From an uncultured Chloroflexia bacterium (GTDB lineage: Bacteria > Chloroflexota > Limnocylindria > Limnocylindrales > CSP1-4): DNA of 64,000 nucleotides. Positions 63,799-64,000 of the stretch are shown here, piece by piece (position 1 is the stretch's first letter; every line of letters begins with the position of its first letter). The notes under the pieces were generated by a model. The model saw only the letters and a list, made by a program, of their open reading frames with translations, was not told where the DNA came from and searched no databases. The stretch is from assembly GCA_963720825.1 (NCBI GenBank), contig CAVRGY010000017.1:454823-518822 (forward strand), in the 5' to 3' direction. A program made the translations under genes and the position numbers.

Positions 63799-64000
63799 AT
63801 GCGATCCGCCACGCGCCGCCTGAGCCTCCCCGCCATCGCCGTCCTCGCGATCATCGTCGGCGCGTGCAACAGCCCGTCCACCGGGATCTCCGGGTCACCG
63901 ACGGTGCCGCCGGCGACGACGACGGTGCACCAGTCCGAGGCGCCGACCGAGGCACCCGCCAGCAACGCTCCGGCGTCCTCGCGTGCAACGACCACCGAGA
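63799..64000 (+). CDS. Lipoprotein, N-terminal part only. The gene runs off the right edge of the window.
   Basis: MRSATRRLSLPAIAVLAIIVGACNSPSTG contains a lipobox-like IVGAC after a basic n-region and hydrophobic core, followed by a Pro/Thr/Ala-rich linker. The ORF is open to the end of the window. Confidence 0.6.
   Translation, partial: MRSATRRLSLPAIAVLAIIVGACNSPSTGISGSPTVPPATTTVHQSEAPTEAPASNAPASSRATTTE

Overview
This is a very GC-rich, densely coding bacterial chromosomal segment made up mostly of housekeeping genes. The regulatory motifs (a CIRCE/HrcA element and a GAAC-N4-GTTC SOS box), the classical menaquinone pathway, and the hrcA-grpE-dnaK and dnaJ-prmA...mtaB blocks suggest a high-GC Terrabacteria lineage such as Actinomycetota or Chloroflexota. 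The exact taxon cannot be determined from this window.

Gene blocks, left to right:
- Partial membrane protein, HIT protein, mtaB, a membrane protein, a vapBC toxin-antitoxin pair, prmA and dnaJ.
- A translationally coupled ABC ATPase, ABC-2 permease and coiled-coil membrane protein.
- A bacterial type IB topoisomerase, convergent with a class A penicillin-binding protein.
- A family-5-like uracil-DNA glycosylase joined in frame to a HAD hydrolase.
- A DrrAB/NodIJ-like ABC exporter with one ATPase and two permeases.
- An ~11 kb menaquinone operon: tetR-menF-menD-menH-menB-menA-menC-menE-(alpha/beta hydrolase)-menG.
- A divergent gene encoding an XRE helix-turn-helix domain fused to a PD-(D/E)XK-like domain.
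- hrcA-grpE-dnaK with a CIRCE operator.
- A 5TM-Lyt/PAS histidine kinase, convergent with a REC-PAS-GAF-EAL gene.
- hemW, a CPBP protease and lepA.
- A cupin, a DUF2254 protein, an Eis-like GNAT acetyltransferase, a beta-carbonic anhydrase and pgi.
- rpsT carrying a long Lys/Ala-rich tail.
- gap-pgk-eno.
- A small zinc-ribbon protein that is absent from the ORF track.
- A nucleoside phosphorylase.
- A ~1150-aa surface protein with a lamin-tail domain and repeated OB-like modules.
- dnaE2 behind an SOS box.

I recognised no rRNA, tRNA, CRISPR array, transposase, integrase or prophage genes.

The most pervasive signal is at least ten +/-1 frame breaks in conserved genes, almost all at short G/C runs or short tandem repeats. 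This looks more like consensus indel error than pseudogenisation, and it affects how every apparent fusion or split in this window should be read.

I found no clear-cut new defence or mobile system. The most unusual candidates are the LTD/OB surface protein, the XRE-nuclease fusion, the MenE plus alpha/beta hydrolase junction, the UDG-HAD junction, the S20 tail and the insertion-bearing dnaE2.

Coordinates were derived from the ORF track plus residue counting. Start codons could be off by one alternative start site.
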